The position numbers were made by a program, and so were the translations under genes. A model generated the notes under the pieces. It searched no databases and was not told the origin of the DNA. It saw nothing but the letters and a program-made list of their open reading frames with translations. This document shows, in pieces, positions 47,940 to 58,290 of a stretch of 64,000 nucleotides of DNA (positions within the stretch are counted from its first letter, which is position 1; the number at the start of each line of letters is the position of its first letter). Origin of the DNA: Chloroflexota bacterium (GTDB lineage: Bacteria; Chloroflexota; UBA11872); the NCBI GenBank assembly GCA_022825895.1, contig JAJDVX010000027.1, positions 59,528-123,527 on the forward strand, read 5' to 3'.

Positions 47940-49034
47940 GTGCCTGCGGACGTAACGGTGCTGGGGGCCGGCAATACCGGGTTTGCGGTGGCGGCGAACC
48001 TGTCGCTGGCTGGGCATTCGGTGACCCTGGGCGAGCTGCCGGCGTTTCCGGAAGCCATCGAGCCGGTGCGCGCGTCGCGCAGGATCGAGCTGCTGGGCGT
48101 TGCGCACACGGGCGCGGCCCGGATTGCCGAGATCACGGACGACGTGGCGTCGGCCGCGGCGGCCTCGGATACGCTGTTGGTCATCGTGCCGGCATACGGT
48201 CACGCGCCGTGGGCCGAGGCGCTGGCGCCGCACCTGCGCGACGATCAGACCCTGACCCTGATGCCCGGCACGCTGGGCGCGCTGGAAGTGGCGCGCATCC
48301 TGCGTGAAGCCGGTGCGCCGCCGATTCCCGTGGCTGAGACGGACACGGCGCCCTACGTCTGCCGCAAGACCGGTCCCGCGGAGGCGACGATCTGGGGCGT
48401 GGTTCCGCACATGGGATTGGGCGCGTTTCCGGCCTCGGCCACCGGGCGCGTGCATGCCGGGCTTGAGCGCTTCTTTCCCGGAATCGTGGCCCTGCCGGAT
48501 GTGTTTGCCTGCGGCCTGGGCGCCATGAACCCGGTGGTGCATCCGCCGGGCGTGCTGCTCAATGCGGGACGCATCGAGCGCTCGTGCGGCGAGTTCTACT
48601 TCTACGACGAAGGCGTAACCCCCCGGGTAGTGGACGCCATCATTGCGCTGGACTCGGAGCGCCGGGCGGTGGCCGCCGCCCTCGGCCACCAGTTGCCCGA
48701 CGCCGCCCAAGCATTCCACGCGGCCGGATTCGGTCCGCAGGCCGATCCGCCCGACCTCTGGGCCACCATCAATGGCAGCCAAATGCTCACGGCCCTGAAG
48801 GCGCCGGGCCAGCTGGATACCCGCTGGCTCTCGGAGGACGTCCCCTACGGCCTCCAGGCCTGGTCCGGCCTGGGCGACGCCCTGGAGGTGCCCACGCCGG
48901 TAATTGACGCGGTTATCACCCTGGGCCTCACCGTTCTGCACGAGCCGCTGGATACCAACCGCCGCACGTTGGCGGATCTGGGGCTGGAGGGGATGGACCG
49001 AGACGGGATGCTGGAGTACGCGCGCGAAGGCTGA
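47940..49034 (+). CDS. NAD(P)-dependent opine dehydrogenase family protein
   Basis: Rossmann VTVLGAGNTGFAVAANLSLAGHSVTL. C-terminal octopine-DH-like helical domain. A GTG start is inferred at 47940; the ORF opens at 47823 with a low-complexity extension. Confidence 0.65.
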   Translation: MPADVTVLGAGNTGFAVAANLSLAGHSVTLGELPAFPEAIEPVRASRRIELLGVAHTGAARIAEITDDVASAAAASDTLLVIVPAYGHAPWAEALAPHLRDDQTLTLMPGTLGALEVARILREAGAPPIPVAETDTAPYVCRKTGPAEATIWGVVPHMGLGAFPASATGRVHAGLERFFPGIVALPDVFACGLGAMNPVVHPPGVLLNAGRIERSCGEFYFYDEGVTPRVVDAIIALDSERRAVAAALGHQLPDAAQAFHAAGFGPQADPPDLWATINGSQMLTALKAPGQLDTRWLSEDVPYGLQAWSGLGDALEVPTPVIDAVITLGLTVLHEPLDTNRRTLADLGLEGMDRDGMLEYAREG

Positions 49035-49064
49035 AGCTCCGGCGCCGACGAGAGGAACCGGGAG

Positions 49065-50201
49065 ATGCCGGCGGACATGGACGGCTTAGCGGATCGGAGC
49101 GACCAGTCGCCCCTGATCACGCAGGCCGATGGCCTGCACAATCCGCCGCGCTGGCTGCGGGACCAGGTCGTTGGCTACGTGGCGAGTGTTGAAGCGCCGC
49201 CGGGTGATCAGCTGCCGTTCCGCGAGAATCCGCAGGCGGGCGCCTCGGCCGATATCGAAACCACTGTTTGGGCGCTGGTGGCCCTGCGGCAGGTCGGCGC
49301 GGAGGATGCGATTGAGCGCGTCCGAATGCGGGCGCTAGAGGCGCTGCAGGCCGCGTACAACCCCGAGTTGGGCATCTACCAGCCGACCGCCACCCAGGTC
49401 GGCGGCGGACCGGGCACGTGGCGGATGCACTTTGACGCGGTCGTCCGAATTGGATTCGAGCTGCTGAACGAGCCTGCGCGGCCGTTTCCGCGTGGATTGG
49501 ATCGCCTGTCTGACTTGCCGTGGGCGCCGGTGGGCGAGGAGGCGTGGCGGCCGTGGCTCGACCAGGCCTGGGCCGAGGATCCACGCTCGGCCGCCAAAGC
49601 GGCGTTTCAGTACCTGTGGTTCTACACACGCTTCGCGGGCTGCGACCACGTTGACGACTTGGACGATTCGGGGCGGCAGGTGCTGGCCTATATGGAGGCG
49701 CGCCGCGACCCGGCTACCGGGTTCATCGGGATGGGCCCGGAGGTGGAGCTGGGCTGGGCGATGCGGGGGCACCGCAATCTGGCCCTGAACCTGCTGTGGC
49801 CGCTAGGGGTGGACGAGCCGGAAATTGAGCGCATGATCGACGCCACCCTGGCTTGCCGGCGGCGTGACGGGCTGTTCCATGACGGCAGCATGTGCGCCAA
49901 CATGGACGCCGTTCACCTGCTGGCCGAGTACGGGCGGCGGACCGAGCACCGACGCGCCGAGGCCATCGACTCCACCTGCCGCTGCATCGGGGCGATGTTT
50001 CGTCGCCTGGCCTCGCCGGATGGCGGCTTCAGGTACGAGTTGGCCGAACGCGACGCCACCGATCCGGCCGAGATTCACACGACCAACGGCCTGGCGTTTG
50101 CGCTCTTCAGCCTCCACTACTGGCAGGCGCTGGATGCTGACGCTCGTGAGCATTTGGAGGAGGCGCTGGCGGGGATAGGGTGGGTTCAGTATGACATCTA
50201 G
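49065..50201 (+). CDS. Hypothetical protein (possible alpha/alpha-toroid, prenyltransferase-repeat-like)
   Basis: 378 aa. Recurrent aromatic-rich helices (TTVWALVALRQVG, YLWFYTRF) are suggestive only. Confidence 0.4.
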   Translation: MPADMDGLADRSDQSPLITQADGLHNPPRWLRDQVVGYVASVEAPPGDQLPFRENPQAGASADIETTVWALVALRQVGAEDAIERVRMRALEALQAAYNPELGIYQPTATQVGGGPGTWRMHFDAVVRIGFELLNEPARPFPRGLDRLSDLPWAPVGEEAWRPWLDQAWAEDPRSAAKAAFQYLWFYTRFAGCDHVDDLDDSGRQVLAYMEARRDPATGFIGMGPEVELGWAMRGHRNLALNLLWPLGVDEPEIERMIDATLACRRRDGLFHDGSMCANMDAVHLLAEYGRRTEHRRAEAIDSTCRCIGAMFRRLASPDGGFRYELAERDATDPAEIHTTNGLAFALFSLHYWQALDADAREHLEEALAGIGWVQYDI

Positions 50202-50204
50202 GAC

Positions 50205-50320
50205 GACAGTGACGATGACATTGACGCAAATAATGTCGCGCGATACCGTGTGATCAACAGGTTTGTCTTATCGTTCAACTGTACGATGACGGATGCGACA
50301 ATGTCGCGCTTTATGTCGTG
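50205..50320 (+). promoter_or_regulatory. AT-richer intergenic region with operator-like palindromes upstream of fic
   Basis: GCGACAATGTCGC is a 6-1-6 perfect palindrome. GACATT-N9-AATGTC. A related repeat is AATGTCGCGCG / AATGTCGCGCT. Confidence 0.35.
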
Positions 50321-50321
50321 A

Positions 50322-51476
50322 ATGCTGCAGGAATCGATGCCTCAGTGGGATATCCATTTCAATGTCCGGGTTCGCGCCGGAGATCCGCGGCTGGTGCGGG
50401 CGGTCGAGCGCTCGCGCGCCATCGCCGAGACGATTCGCGGCATTCCGGTCACCGCTGGCGTGCGAAGGCGTCTCAACGCGCTCAACCTCGCGCGCGCCGT
50501 GCGGGGCACGACTGCCATCGAGGGCACGCGCATCTCCGAGGACGAGGCGCTGGCGGTGCTGGCGGCGGCCCCGGACCGGCCAGTGCTACCGACCAGCCGG
50601 GCGCGCGATGAGCGTGAAGCCCGCAACGCCCGAGCCGCATTGGAGTTCGTACAGCGGACCGTGAGGACCGATCTGGGGCGGCCGCTCGACGAAGCGCTGA
50701 TCAGGGAAATCCACCGACTGACGACGGACGGCCTCCGCTACCCGGGAAACGTGCCGGGCGAGTACCGCAGCCATGCCGTGACCGTCGGGAACTACCGCCC
50801 GCCGGCTACCGGCGAGGAAGTCCGCCGCCTGATGGCCGAGTTCGTACGCTGGTTCAACCAGGGTGAGGCGCTGCACTGGGACCCCATCGCCCGTGCGGCG
50901 CTCGCCCACTTTTGCGTCGTGAGCATCCACCCGTTCGGCGATGGCAACGGGCGCACCTCGCGCGCGGTCGAGAGCTTCATGCTTTGCCGTGCCGGTATCC
51001 ACGCCTTCGGCTTCTACTCGCTGGCCAACTTCTACTACGAGCACCACCACGAATACATTGACGCGCTGACGGCGGCGATGTTTCAGTCCGGCGGCGACCT
51101 GACGAACTTCGTGCTGTTCGCCGTGGAGGGACTGGCGGACGAACTGGCGACGGTCCGCAGCGAACTGTTGGCGAAGGTTCGCGTTTTGGCGTTCCGCGAC
51201 TATGCGCAGGAACGGCTCGAAGCGGTTCCCCGACTTGGCCAGCAACGGCGGGCACGAATGCTGGACCTCATCCGGCGACTGACGGAGCAGTCGCTGCGCG
51301 GCGTGCCTGACCACCAGATGGCGACCGACGTATTGGTGGCCCTGGCGTATGGACGGACCGGTCGGCGCACGGTGCAGCGTGACCTGCGCCTGCTGCTCGA
51401 TCAGCAATTGCTGATCGAGCGCGACGGCCATCTGGTCCCCAATGTCGAGCTCATGTCCGAACTCGCTGAGGCATAG
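50322..51476 (+). CDS. fic: Fic family protein (Fic/DOC AMPylator-type) with N-terminal inhibitory-helix motif
   Basis: Core motif HPFGDGNGRTSR. TAIEG fits (S/T)xxxE(G/N). C-terminal wHTH-like region. Confidence 0.8.
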   Translation: MLQESMPQWDIHFNVRVRAGDPRLVRAVERSRAIAETIRGIPVTAGVRRRLNALNLARAVRGTTAIEGTRISEDEALAVLAAAPDRPVLPTSRARDEREARNARAALEFVQRTVRTDLGRPLDEALIREIHRLTTDGLRYPGNVPGEYRSHAVTVGNYRPPATGEEVRRLMAEFVRWFNQGEALHWDPIARAALAHFCVVSIHPFGDGNGRTSRAVESFMLCRAGIHAFGFYSLANFYYEHHHEYIDALTAAMFQSGGDLTNFVLFAVEGLADELATVRSELLAKVRVLAFRDYAQERLEAVPRLGQQRRARMLDLIRRLTEQSLRGVPDHQMATDVLVALAYGRTGRRTVQRDLRLLLDQQLLIERDGHLVPNVELMSELAEA

Positions 51477-51498
51477 GGCGGCCGCCGGGTACCGCTGT

Positions 51499-52836
<1,338 letters not shown>

Positions 52837-52944
52837 GCGGCGTCATTGTCGTGTGGAGGTCAGCTTCGATTGTACGGAGCGCCGGCGGCGGGCCAGGGCG
52901 CGGTTAAGTTTCGTAGCATAGGCAGCGTCGGACTTCGGTCCGTG

Positions 52945-53021
52945 TGGGGCATTCGTCTAGCGGCCTAGGACACCGCCCTCTCAAGGCGGAGATCGCGGGT
53001 TCGAATCCCGCATGCCCTACC
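52945..53021 (+). tRNA. tRNA-Glu (anticodon CTC)
   Basis: GGGGCATTCGTCTAGCGGCCTAGGACACCGCCCTCTCAAGGCGGAGATCGCGGGTTCGAATCCCGCATGCCCTACCA. Closely matches the tRNA-Glu architecture, anticodon loop CTCTCAA. CCA is encoded. Confidence 0.85.
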
Positions 53022-53254
53022 AGTTCATCGCTGCGGGTTGCGGGGACTCGAACTCCTCGGCCGCGGCCTACGGCTGCGCCTGCCGAGGGCAGTGGCGGCT
53101 CTCGTCGGGCTCAGCTCGCGACCTGTCCAGGTCCGGGGCTTTCCCACCAGTTGGGCCACACGGGGCCAGCCTAGAGATCAACGAGTCAGACGTGGAGTGA
53201 CAGGAGCCGTATCGCCTCCACGACTTGCGAGGGGCGCCAATTGGGACTACGACG

Positions 53255-53656
53255 TCACTCCTCGGCGTACCCCATGATCAGGTCGCGCAGAGTCACCCTG
53301 CCGAGTGGATTGCGCTGCCGGTCGACTACCACGGCACGTGAGCGCTCAAAGCGTACGAGCAGGCGGACCGCGTACTTGGCGAGCATGTCATCCGGCACAG
53401 TCAACAGCGGTTTGGACATGATCTCGTAGACGTTAACTCGCTTTGGGGCACGGTTGTTCGCGATCACTTCGCGCGCGATGTCACCGACCGTTATTACTCC
53501 CAACTCGTCGTCACTGTTACGTCGATTGACAACGAGATAGTCGACCTGGTGCCGCTTCATCAACGCCATCGCCTGGGTCACGGTCGCGAGCCCGTCAATA
53601 GTGTGCATCTCCGTGACCATGAGATCCCTTACACGTATGGAGATATCCTCGGTCAT
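53255..53656 (-). CDS. CBS-pair domain protein
   Basis: 133 aa with two CBS repeats (VTEMHTIDGLATVTQAMALMKRHQVDYLVV; IMSKPLLTVPDDMLAKYAVRLLVRFERSRAVVV). Confidence 0.7.
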   Translation of the reverse strand: MTEDISIRVRDLMVTEMHTIDGLATVTQAMALMKRHQVDYLVVNRRNSDDELGVITVGDIAREVIANNRAPKRVNVYEIMSKPLLTVPDDMLAKYAVRLLVRFERSRAVVVDRQRNPLGRVTLRDLIMGYAEE

Positions 53657-54003
53657 ATCTCGGGTTCCACCTCCTCCAGGATCGTGGGTAACTGCGTCGC
53701 CAGGCCCACAGCATCCTCAATCGGCATCTGGAAGGCAATCCCGGCGCCCGGTTCGGTGTCAAGACCTCCTGCATCGCGGATCCGCTCCAGGATTTCGCGC
53801 GCCCGCGTATCGGCTACCAGGAACAGCGCGACGTCGCGCTTGGCTGAAAGGTCAAGGCCGAAGAACGTCTTTTCGGGCCTGAGGCCGCCGCCCCGTACGC
53901 TGGTAATGACCGTGTCGCCGGTTGCGCCGGCTGACCGCGCCGCGTCCACGACTACGTCAGTCTTGTCGTCGCTCACCAGGGCGACAATTAACTTCAGCTT
54001 CAC
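53653..54003 (-). CDS. P-II-like (nitrogen-regulatory-protein fold) protein
   Basis: 116 aa. MKLKLIVALVSDDKTDVVVDAARSAGATGDTV...RGGG fits the ferredoxin-like PII fold. Overlaps the CBS gene start. Confidence 0.55.
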   Translation of the reverse strand: MKLKLIVALVSDDKTDVVVDAARSAGATGDTVITSVRGGGLRPEKTFFGLDLSAKRDVALFLVADTRAREILERIRDAGGLDTEPGAGIAFQMPIEDAVGLATQLPTILEEVEPEI

Positions 54004-54006
54004 GGC

Positions 54007-54795
54007 TCAAGCCTCCTCACGAAATTTCGACATTCGCCTGCGGCTCAGCCAGGACGCCACCATAGCGTATCCCAGCACGGACATGATTGGGAAGACGCTG
54101 GCGAAAGCGATGAGTCCAAATCCATCTATCAGCGGGCTTCGACCAGGGACACTCGAGGCAAGACCCAGCCCGAGGGCGGCAACCACAGGCACGGTGACGG
54201 TCGATGTGGTGACGCCGCCGGAGTCGTAGGCAAGCGGGACGATTGTCTTGCTGGACCGGAACGTCTGGAGTATCACGACGACGTAGGCCGCAATGATGTA
54301 CCAGGGCAAGGGTGTGCCGGTGACAATGCGAAAGCAGCCCAGCGCCACGCCCACAGCCACGCCGATGGCCACGGCTATCCTCAATCCCCAGGCGTTAACC
54401 GCGCCGCCTGACACCTCGCGGGCCTTCAGCGCCACCGCAACGAGCGAGGGCTCGGCCACTGTCGTCGCGAAGCCGATCGCGGCGGCAAATGCGTAGATCG
54501 GCAGGTAGTCCTGCCAGTCCACCCCGTCGCTCAAGCTCTCCGCCCCTATGGTCGCTGACGCGGTGAGTTGCCGCGCCATGGTGTTGCCTATCGGAAACAG
54601 CGCATTCTCCAGACCTATGAGAAACAGGCTAAGTCCCAGCAGTACCAAGATGGAACCGGTTGCTATCTGCCGCAGGTTGGCCGGCTTGCGGCGCAGAACT
54701 ACGACCTGGAACAGAACGAGGATCACGACGATGGGCGCAACGTCGAGAACCGTTGACAGCATCGCGTCGGCGAAGGCGCGCGGGAAGTCGCTCAT
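54007..54795 (-). CDS. DUF1538-family membrane protein
   Basis: 262 aa polytopic, with a conserved [14 protein letters not shown]-type segment. This family typically neighbours PII-like and CBS genes. Confidence 0.55.
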   Translation of the reverse strand: MSDFPRAFADAMLSTVLDVAPIVVILVLFQVVVLRRKPANLRQIATGSILVLLGLSLFLIGLENALFPIGNTMARQLTASATIGAESLSDGVDWQDYLPIYAFAAAIGFATTVAEPSLVAVALKAREVSGGAVNAWGLRIAVAIGVAVGVALGCFRIVTGTPLPWYIIAAYVVVILQTFRSSKTIVPLAYDSGGVTTSTVTVPVVAALGLGLASSVPGRSPLIDGFGLIAFASVFPIMSVLGYAMVASWLSRRRMSKFREEA

Positions 54796-55517
54796 GACGC
54801 CACCATCCCGTAGCCGAGCACGCCGACCATGGGGGTCAGGCTGGCGAACGCTATGAGACCGAATCCATCGACCATCGGGTTTCGTCCTCGGATGGTCGTG
54901 GCCAGCCCAACGCCCAGCGCCGTCACGAGCGGCACCGTGACGGTGCTGGTGGTCACGCCGCCTGAGTCGTAGGCCACGCCGACGATCTCGGCGGGTGCGA
55001 AGAACGTCATGGTCGCGACCATCAGATATCCGCCGATAATCAACCTGTGTATCGGCCAGCCCTTCAGGATGCGCAGGACACCCACCAGGAGCGCCACTCC
55101 CACCGATACGGCAACGACCATCCGAAGCTGGAAGGCATAGGAGTCGCGCGCCTGATCGTCATCGATGATGGCGCCGGCTTCGGCGGCAACGTCGGCGGCC
55201 TCGGCGGCTACGGCGATCAGGGCGGGTTCGGCCACGGTCGTACCGAAGCCCAGGCAGAAGGCGAAGACAAGCACGGCAGCTGCGCTGCCCTTTTGGCCGA
55301 AGCTCTGAGCGATCCCCTCCCCAAGGGGGAAGAGACCGCTTTGCAGTCCCTGTATGAAGAGCGTCAACCCGGCGATGACACAGAGCAACCCCACGACGAC
55401 GCCCAGCAGGTCGGGAAAGGGTTGCCGCAACACCACGATCTGGAAGAACGCGATCACGACGATGATGGGAGCCAAGTCGCGCAGTGCGCCGACCATCAGT
55501 GCAGCGAAACGGGTCAC
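54792..55517 (-). CDS. DUF1538-family membrane protein (paralog)
   Basis: 241 aa, paralogous to the previous gene ([17 protein letters not shown]). 4 nt overlap. Confidence 0.55.
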   Translation of the reverse strand: MTRFAALMVGALRDLAPIIVVIAFFQIVVLRQPFPDLLGVVVGLLCVIAGLTLFIQGLQSGLFPLGEGIAQSFGQKGSAAAVLVFAFCLGFGTTVAEPALIAVAAEAADVAAEAGAIIDDDQARDSYAFQLRMVVAVSVGVALLVGVLRILKGWPIHRLIIGGYLMVATMTFFAPAEIVGVAYDSGGVTTSTVTVPLVTALGVGLATTIRGRNPMVDGFGLIAFASLTPMVGVLGYGMVAS

Positions 55518-56065
55518 GCCTTTTGAGCGCTCCTTGGGATTCGTGAGGAACCGATGGGGTCGATAAGCGGCACCATGGGGCCGGTCAAGATGTCCGGCCG
55601 GGCCAACGAATAGTCAAGCCTTCCGACAGGAGGGACGCTTGCGGCAAGGGTAGCACGACATGACTTGCAGGGGAAAATCCCATCGTAAAGTTCGCAGTTC
55701 AGGGCAAGCTATACTGGCAGAAAGATTCACTGTGCCCCTTCGCGCTGATGGAACATGCGCTAGAGGAATGCGCAAATGAAAGCCTTCATACGCGATCGTT
55801 GAATGGCAATCGATAAGGGCCATCGCTTCCAGGATTTGGATTGGGGTGCACGGAGCACTAGCGAAGAGATATTCAACAGAATACGTCACTGTACTTTTCT
55901 GAAACGATTTAGGTTACGATGGCCCCAACCTTCACAGATCATGACGTGTTGAAAGCGAAACTGTCCAAGGGTCTGCAGCCAGAGCCAACTTAGGACTTGG
56001 GATGCGGCTCGGGCGCCAACGCCGTATGGTTGGCAGGTGACTTCGGTGGCCGAGCATATCTCCCG

Positions 56066-56105
56066 GTCAAGGCGAAGATCGCCTGTTCGAATTCGGTCGT
56101 GACCG
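56066..56105 (+). other. Degenerate partial copy of the tRNA-Glu 3' half (tRNA-like remnant)
   Basis: GTCAAGGCGAAGATCGCCTGTTCGAAT matches the anticodon-stem to T-loop part of the tRNA-Glu at 52945-53021 at 23 of 27 positions. The acceptor and T-stem 3' side have diverged. Confidence 0.35.
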
Positions 56106-56695
56106 CCGGCTTCCACTTTCCCTTGCATCACATTTGGAAGGGCCGACTCCTACTAATGCAAATGGCGCAGCAAGGCTCCCGGCCAACCAAGAGGCGTGGC
56201 TCTCGTCCCGGTGCGCCGCACTTTTTTGGTGGACCGCCGTCGCCGGCGTGCGCGACAACGCGGAACTCATAGCCCGTGTCCGAGGTCTTCGCGGCCGAGT
56301 CTCACCAGGAATGCCGAACACTGCCCTCTCCCCTGACGGGGAAAGTCTGGCCCCTCACCGGATGAGAGGGCGCAGACAAGGACGCCTGCGCCCTTTCCGT
56401 CAACCGAATCCGCGAGGAGACCTCCCACCGGAAGGTTCGCAGTAAAGCCCCCATGGCCTACCTAAGACAGCCTGCGATTGCTCGCACCCGTGTTTTCGCG
56501 GGTCAGAGCCGCAGTTTGCAGCCAGCAGAGGCGAACGGAATTCGGGCGGGCAGATTCCGTGAGTTGTCGATCGGGGAATCGGAAAGCCAGTTGCGACCGT
56601 CGTTCGGGCATTTCCGGCGCACCCCGTCAACACGAGGTTCTTCTGATACGCTCGACCGAAGCACGCGTGATAGAGGCCAGTCCTAGATCAGTTCG

Positions 56696-57721
56696 ATGTC
56701 CGTCAAGCTTTCCGATGTTCTGAAGGACGCGGATAAATCTTCCGGAGTCGATTCCTCCCTCAGCGAATACAAAGCGCACTTCAGGAACGCCGAGCGCGGT
56801 GAATCGGACGACGAGAAGAGCGAGCACCAGACGGTCAACAATCTCTACTACGACCTGGTTACCGACTTTTTCGAGTACGGATGGGGCAAGTCGTTTCACT
56901 TTGCCCCGCGGGTCCCTGGCGAGAGCTTCAAGGCTTCGCTGGCGCGCCACGAGCACTACATGGCGCACACCCTGGGGCTCAGGCCCGGGATGGTGGTGGC
57001 CGACATCGGGTGTGGCGTGGGCGGACCGCTCATGGAGATTGCCCGGTTTTCCGGCGCAAAGATCGTTGGCGTCAACAGCAATGCCTATCAGCTCGAACGC
57101 GCCCGGAAACTGACACGCGAGGCGAAGCTAGCGGACCTTGCGGACTTTATTCACTGCGACTTTCTGAGTGTTGAGGCTCCGGATGAATCGTTCGACGCGG
57201 CCTACTCCATCGAGGCATCGTGCTGTGCACCGGACAAAGTCAGCATCTACCGCGAGATTTACCGGCTGCTAAAGCCTGGCGCCTGCTTTGGCGCGTATGA
57301 GTACTGCATGACTGAGCGATTCGACGCAAGCAATCCCCACCACCTCAGGATTAAGGCCGACATTCAGTTGGGCGGTGGGCTGCTCATCATCGACGACTAC
57401 CAGACCGTGGATGACGCGCTTCGAACCGTTGGCTTCGAAGTGTTGGAGACACGGGATCTGACGCTGCAGGCAGGTCCGTCAATCCCCTGGTATCAGCCGC
57501 TGGCCGGCTCGGGTATCTCGTTCGCCAGCTTTCGCAGTTCGCGGATCGGGCGCTCGGTGACGCACGGCACGCTGCGAGTGCTCGAAGCGCTGCGCATCGT
57601 GCCGCAGGGATCGGTTCGCGTGGCGGACACCCTGAATCTCTGCGCGGCAGCCATGGCCGAGGCGGGCCGGCTGGAGATCTTTACGCCGATGTATTTCGTC
57701 CACGCCCGAAAGCCCGCGTAG
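56696..57721 (+). CDS. Sterol 24-C-methyltransferase (ERG6/SMT)-like SAM-dependent methyltransferase
   Basis: 341 aa. YYDLVTDFFEYGWGKSFHFAP is SMT region I (YEYGWGxSFHF). SAM motif I VADIGCGVGGP. Post-I IVGVNSN. GC ~56% versus ~70% genome background. Confidence 0.7.
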   Translation: MSVKLSDVLKDADKSSGVDSSLSEYKAHFRNAERGESDDEKSEHQTVNNLYYDLVTDFFEYGWGKSFHFAPRVPGESFKASLARHEHYMAHTLGLRPGMVVADIGCGVGGPLMEIARFSGAKIVGVNSNAYQLERARKLTREAKLADLADFIHCDFLSVEAPDESFDAAYSIEASCCAPDKVSIYREIYRLLKPGACFGAYEYCMTERFDASNPHHLRIKADIQLGGGLLIIDDYQTVDDALRTVGFEVLETRDLTLQAGPSIPWYQPLAGSGISFASFRSSRIGRSVTHGTLRVLEALRIVPQGSVRVADTLNLCAAAMAEAGRLEIFTPMYFVHARKPA

Positions 57722-57778
57722 CGCTCAGCTTTCGAGTTGTCGAATCTTCCGAGTGCGGCGTGTGCCGGTAGGAATGCG

Positions 57779-58273
57779 CTACGTCTGTCCCGGGTCGAAG
57801 TTGACGCAGGCTTCGCAGACCGATTGCGGGATCAGGCCCCAGCGCATCAGGTAGTTGAAGACGAAGCAGCCGGCGCAGAAGCCGAGGAATGACTCGAGCG
57901 CGGCGAAGACGGTGAGCATGGCCAGGACGGCGCCGGCCGCCAGCGAGAGTCCCGCGACGAAGTGAAGTGCGAGGGCCGTGAGCGAGCAGGCAAGTCCGAC
58001 CGTTTGCGCGAAGCGCTTGGGCGGCCCCGGCACGAGCTTCGGTTGTGCTATTCGCGGTGCGATCAGCCTGGTCGACAACTGGCCCATCGGGCTCAGCGTA
58101 GGTCCGGTGGCGACGCGGGCCAGGAATCCGTAGGCGAGAAGGAATGCCAGCCACCACTGGCCGGTCAGCAATATCGCAAGAGACAGGACCACGACCATGC
58201 CGGCCACGACTCGAGCCGCAACTTCATTGACCGGATTGGGGAAGCTGAAGACTTGGCGAAGCCGGGAAGACAT
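57779..58273 (-). CDS. DUF4395-like membrane protein with C-terminal Cys cluster
   Basis: 164 aa. MSSRLRQVFSFPNPVNEVAARVVAG... with 3-4 TM segments. C-terminus FLGFCAGCFVFNYL...SVCEAC. Confidence 0.5.
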   Translation of the reverse strand: MSSRLRQVFSFPNPVNEVAARVVAGMVVVLSLAILLTGQWWLAFLLAYGFLARVATGPTLSPMGQLSTRLIAPRIAQPKLVPGPPKRFAQTVGLACSLTALALHFVAGLSLAAGAVLAMLTVFAALESFLGFCAGCFVFNYLMRWGLIPQSVCEACVNFDPGQT

Positions 58274-58290
58274 CGATCAACGCTCGCTGA

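Noticed and set aside
49065-50201. Oxidosqualene-cyclase-like identity for the 378 aa protein (to pair with the SMT)
   Set aside because: It is too short, and I found no QW repeats or DCTAE-type motif. Left as hypothetical.
55900-56240. tmRNA hypothesis for the tRNA-like fragment plus downstream terminator-like hairpin
   Set aside because: There is no GGGG-start acceptor pairing, no tag-peptide reading frame (…ALAA-like), and no intact T-arm or CCA end. The fragment is better explained as a decayed duplicate of the tRNA-Glu 3' half.
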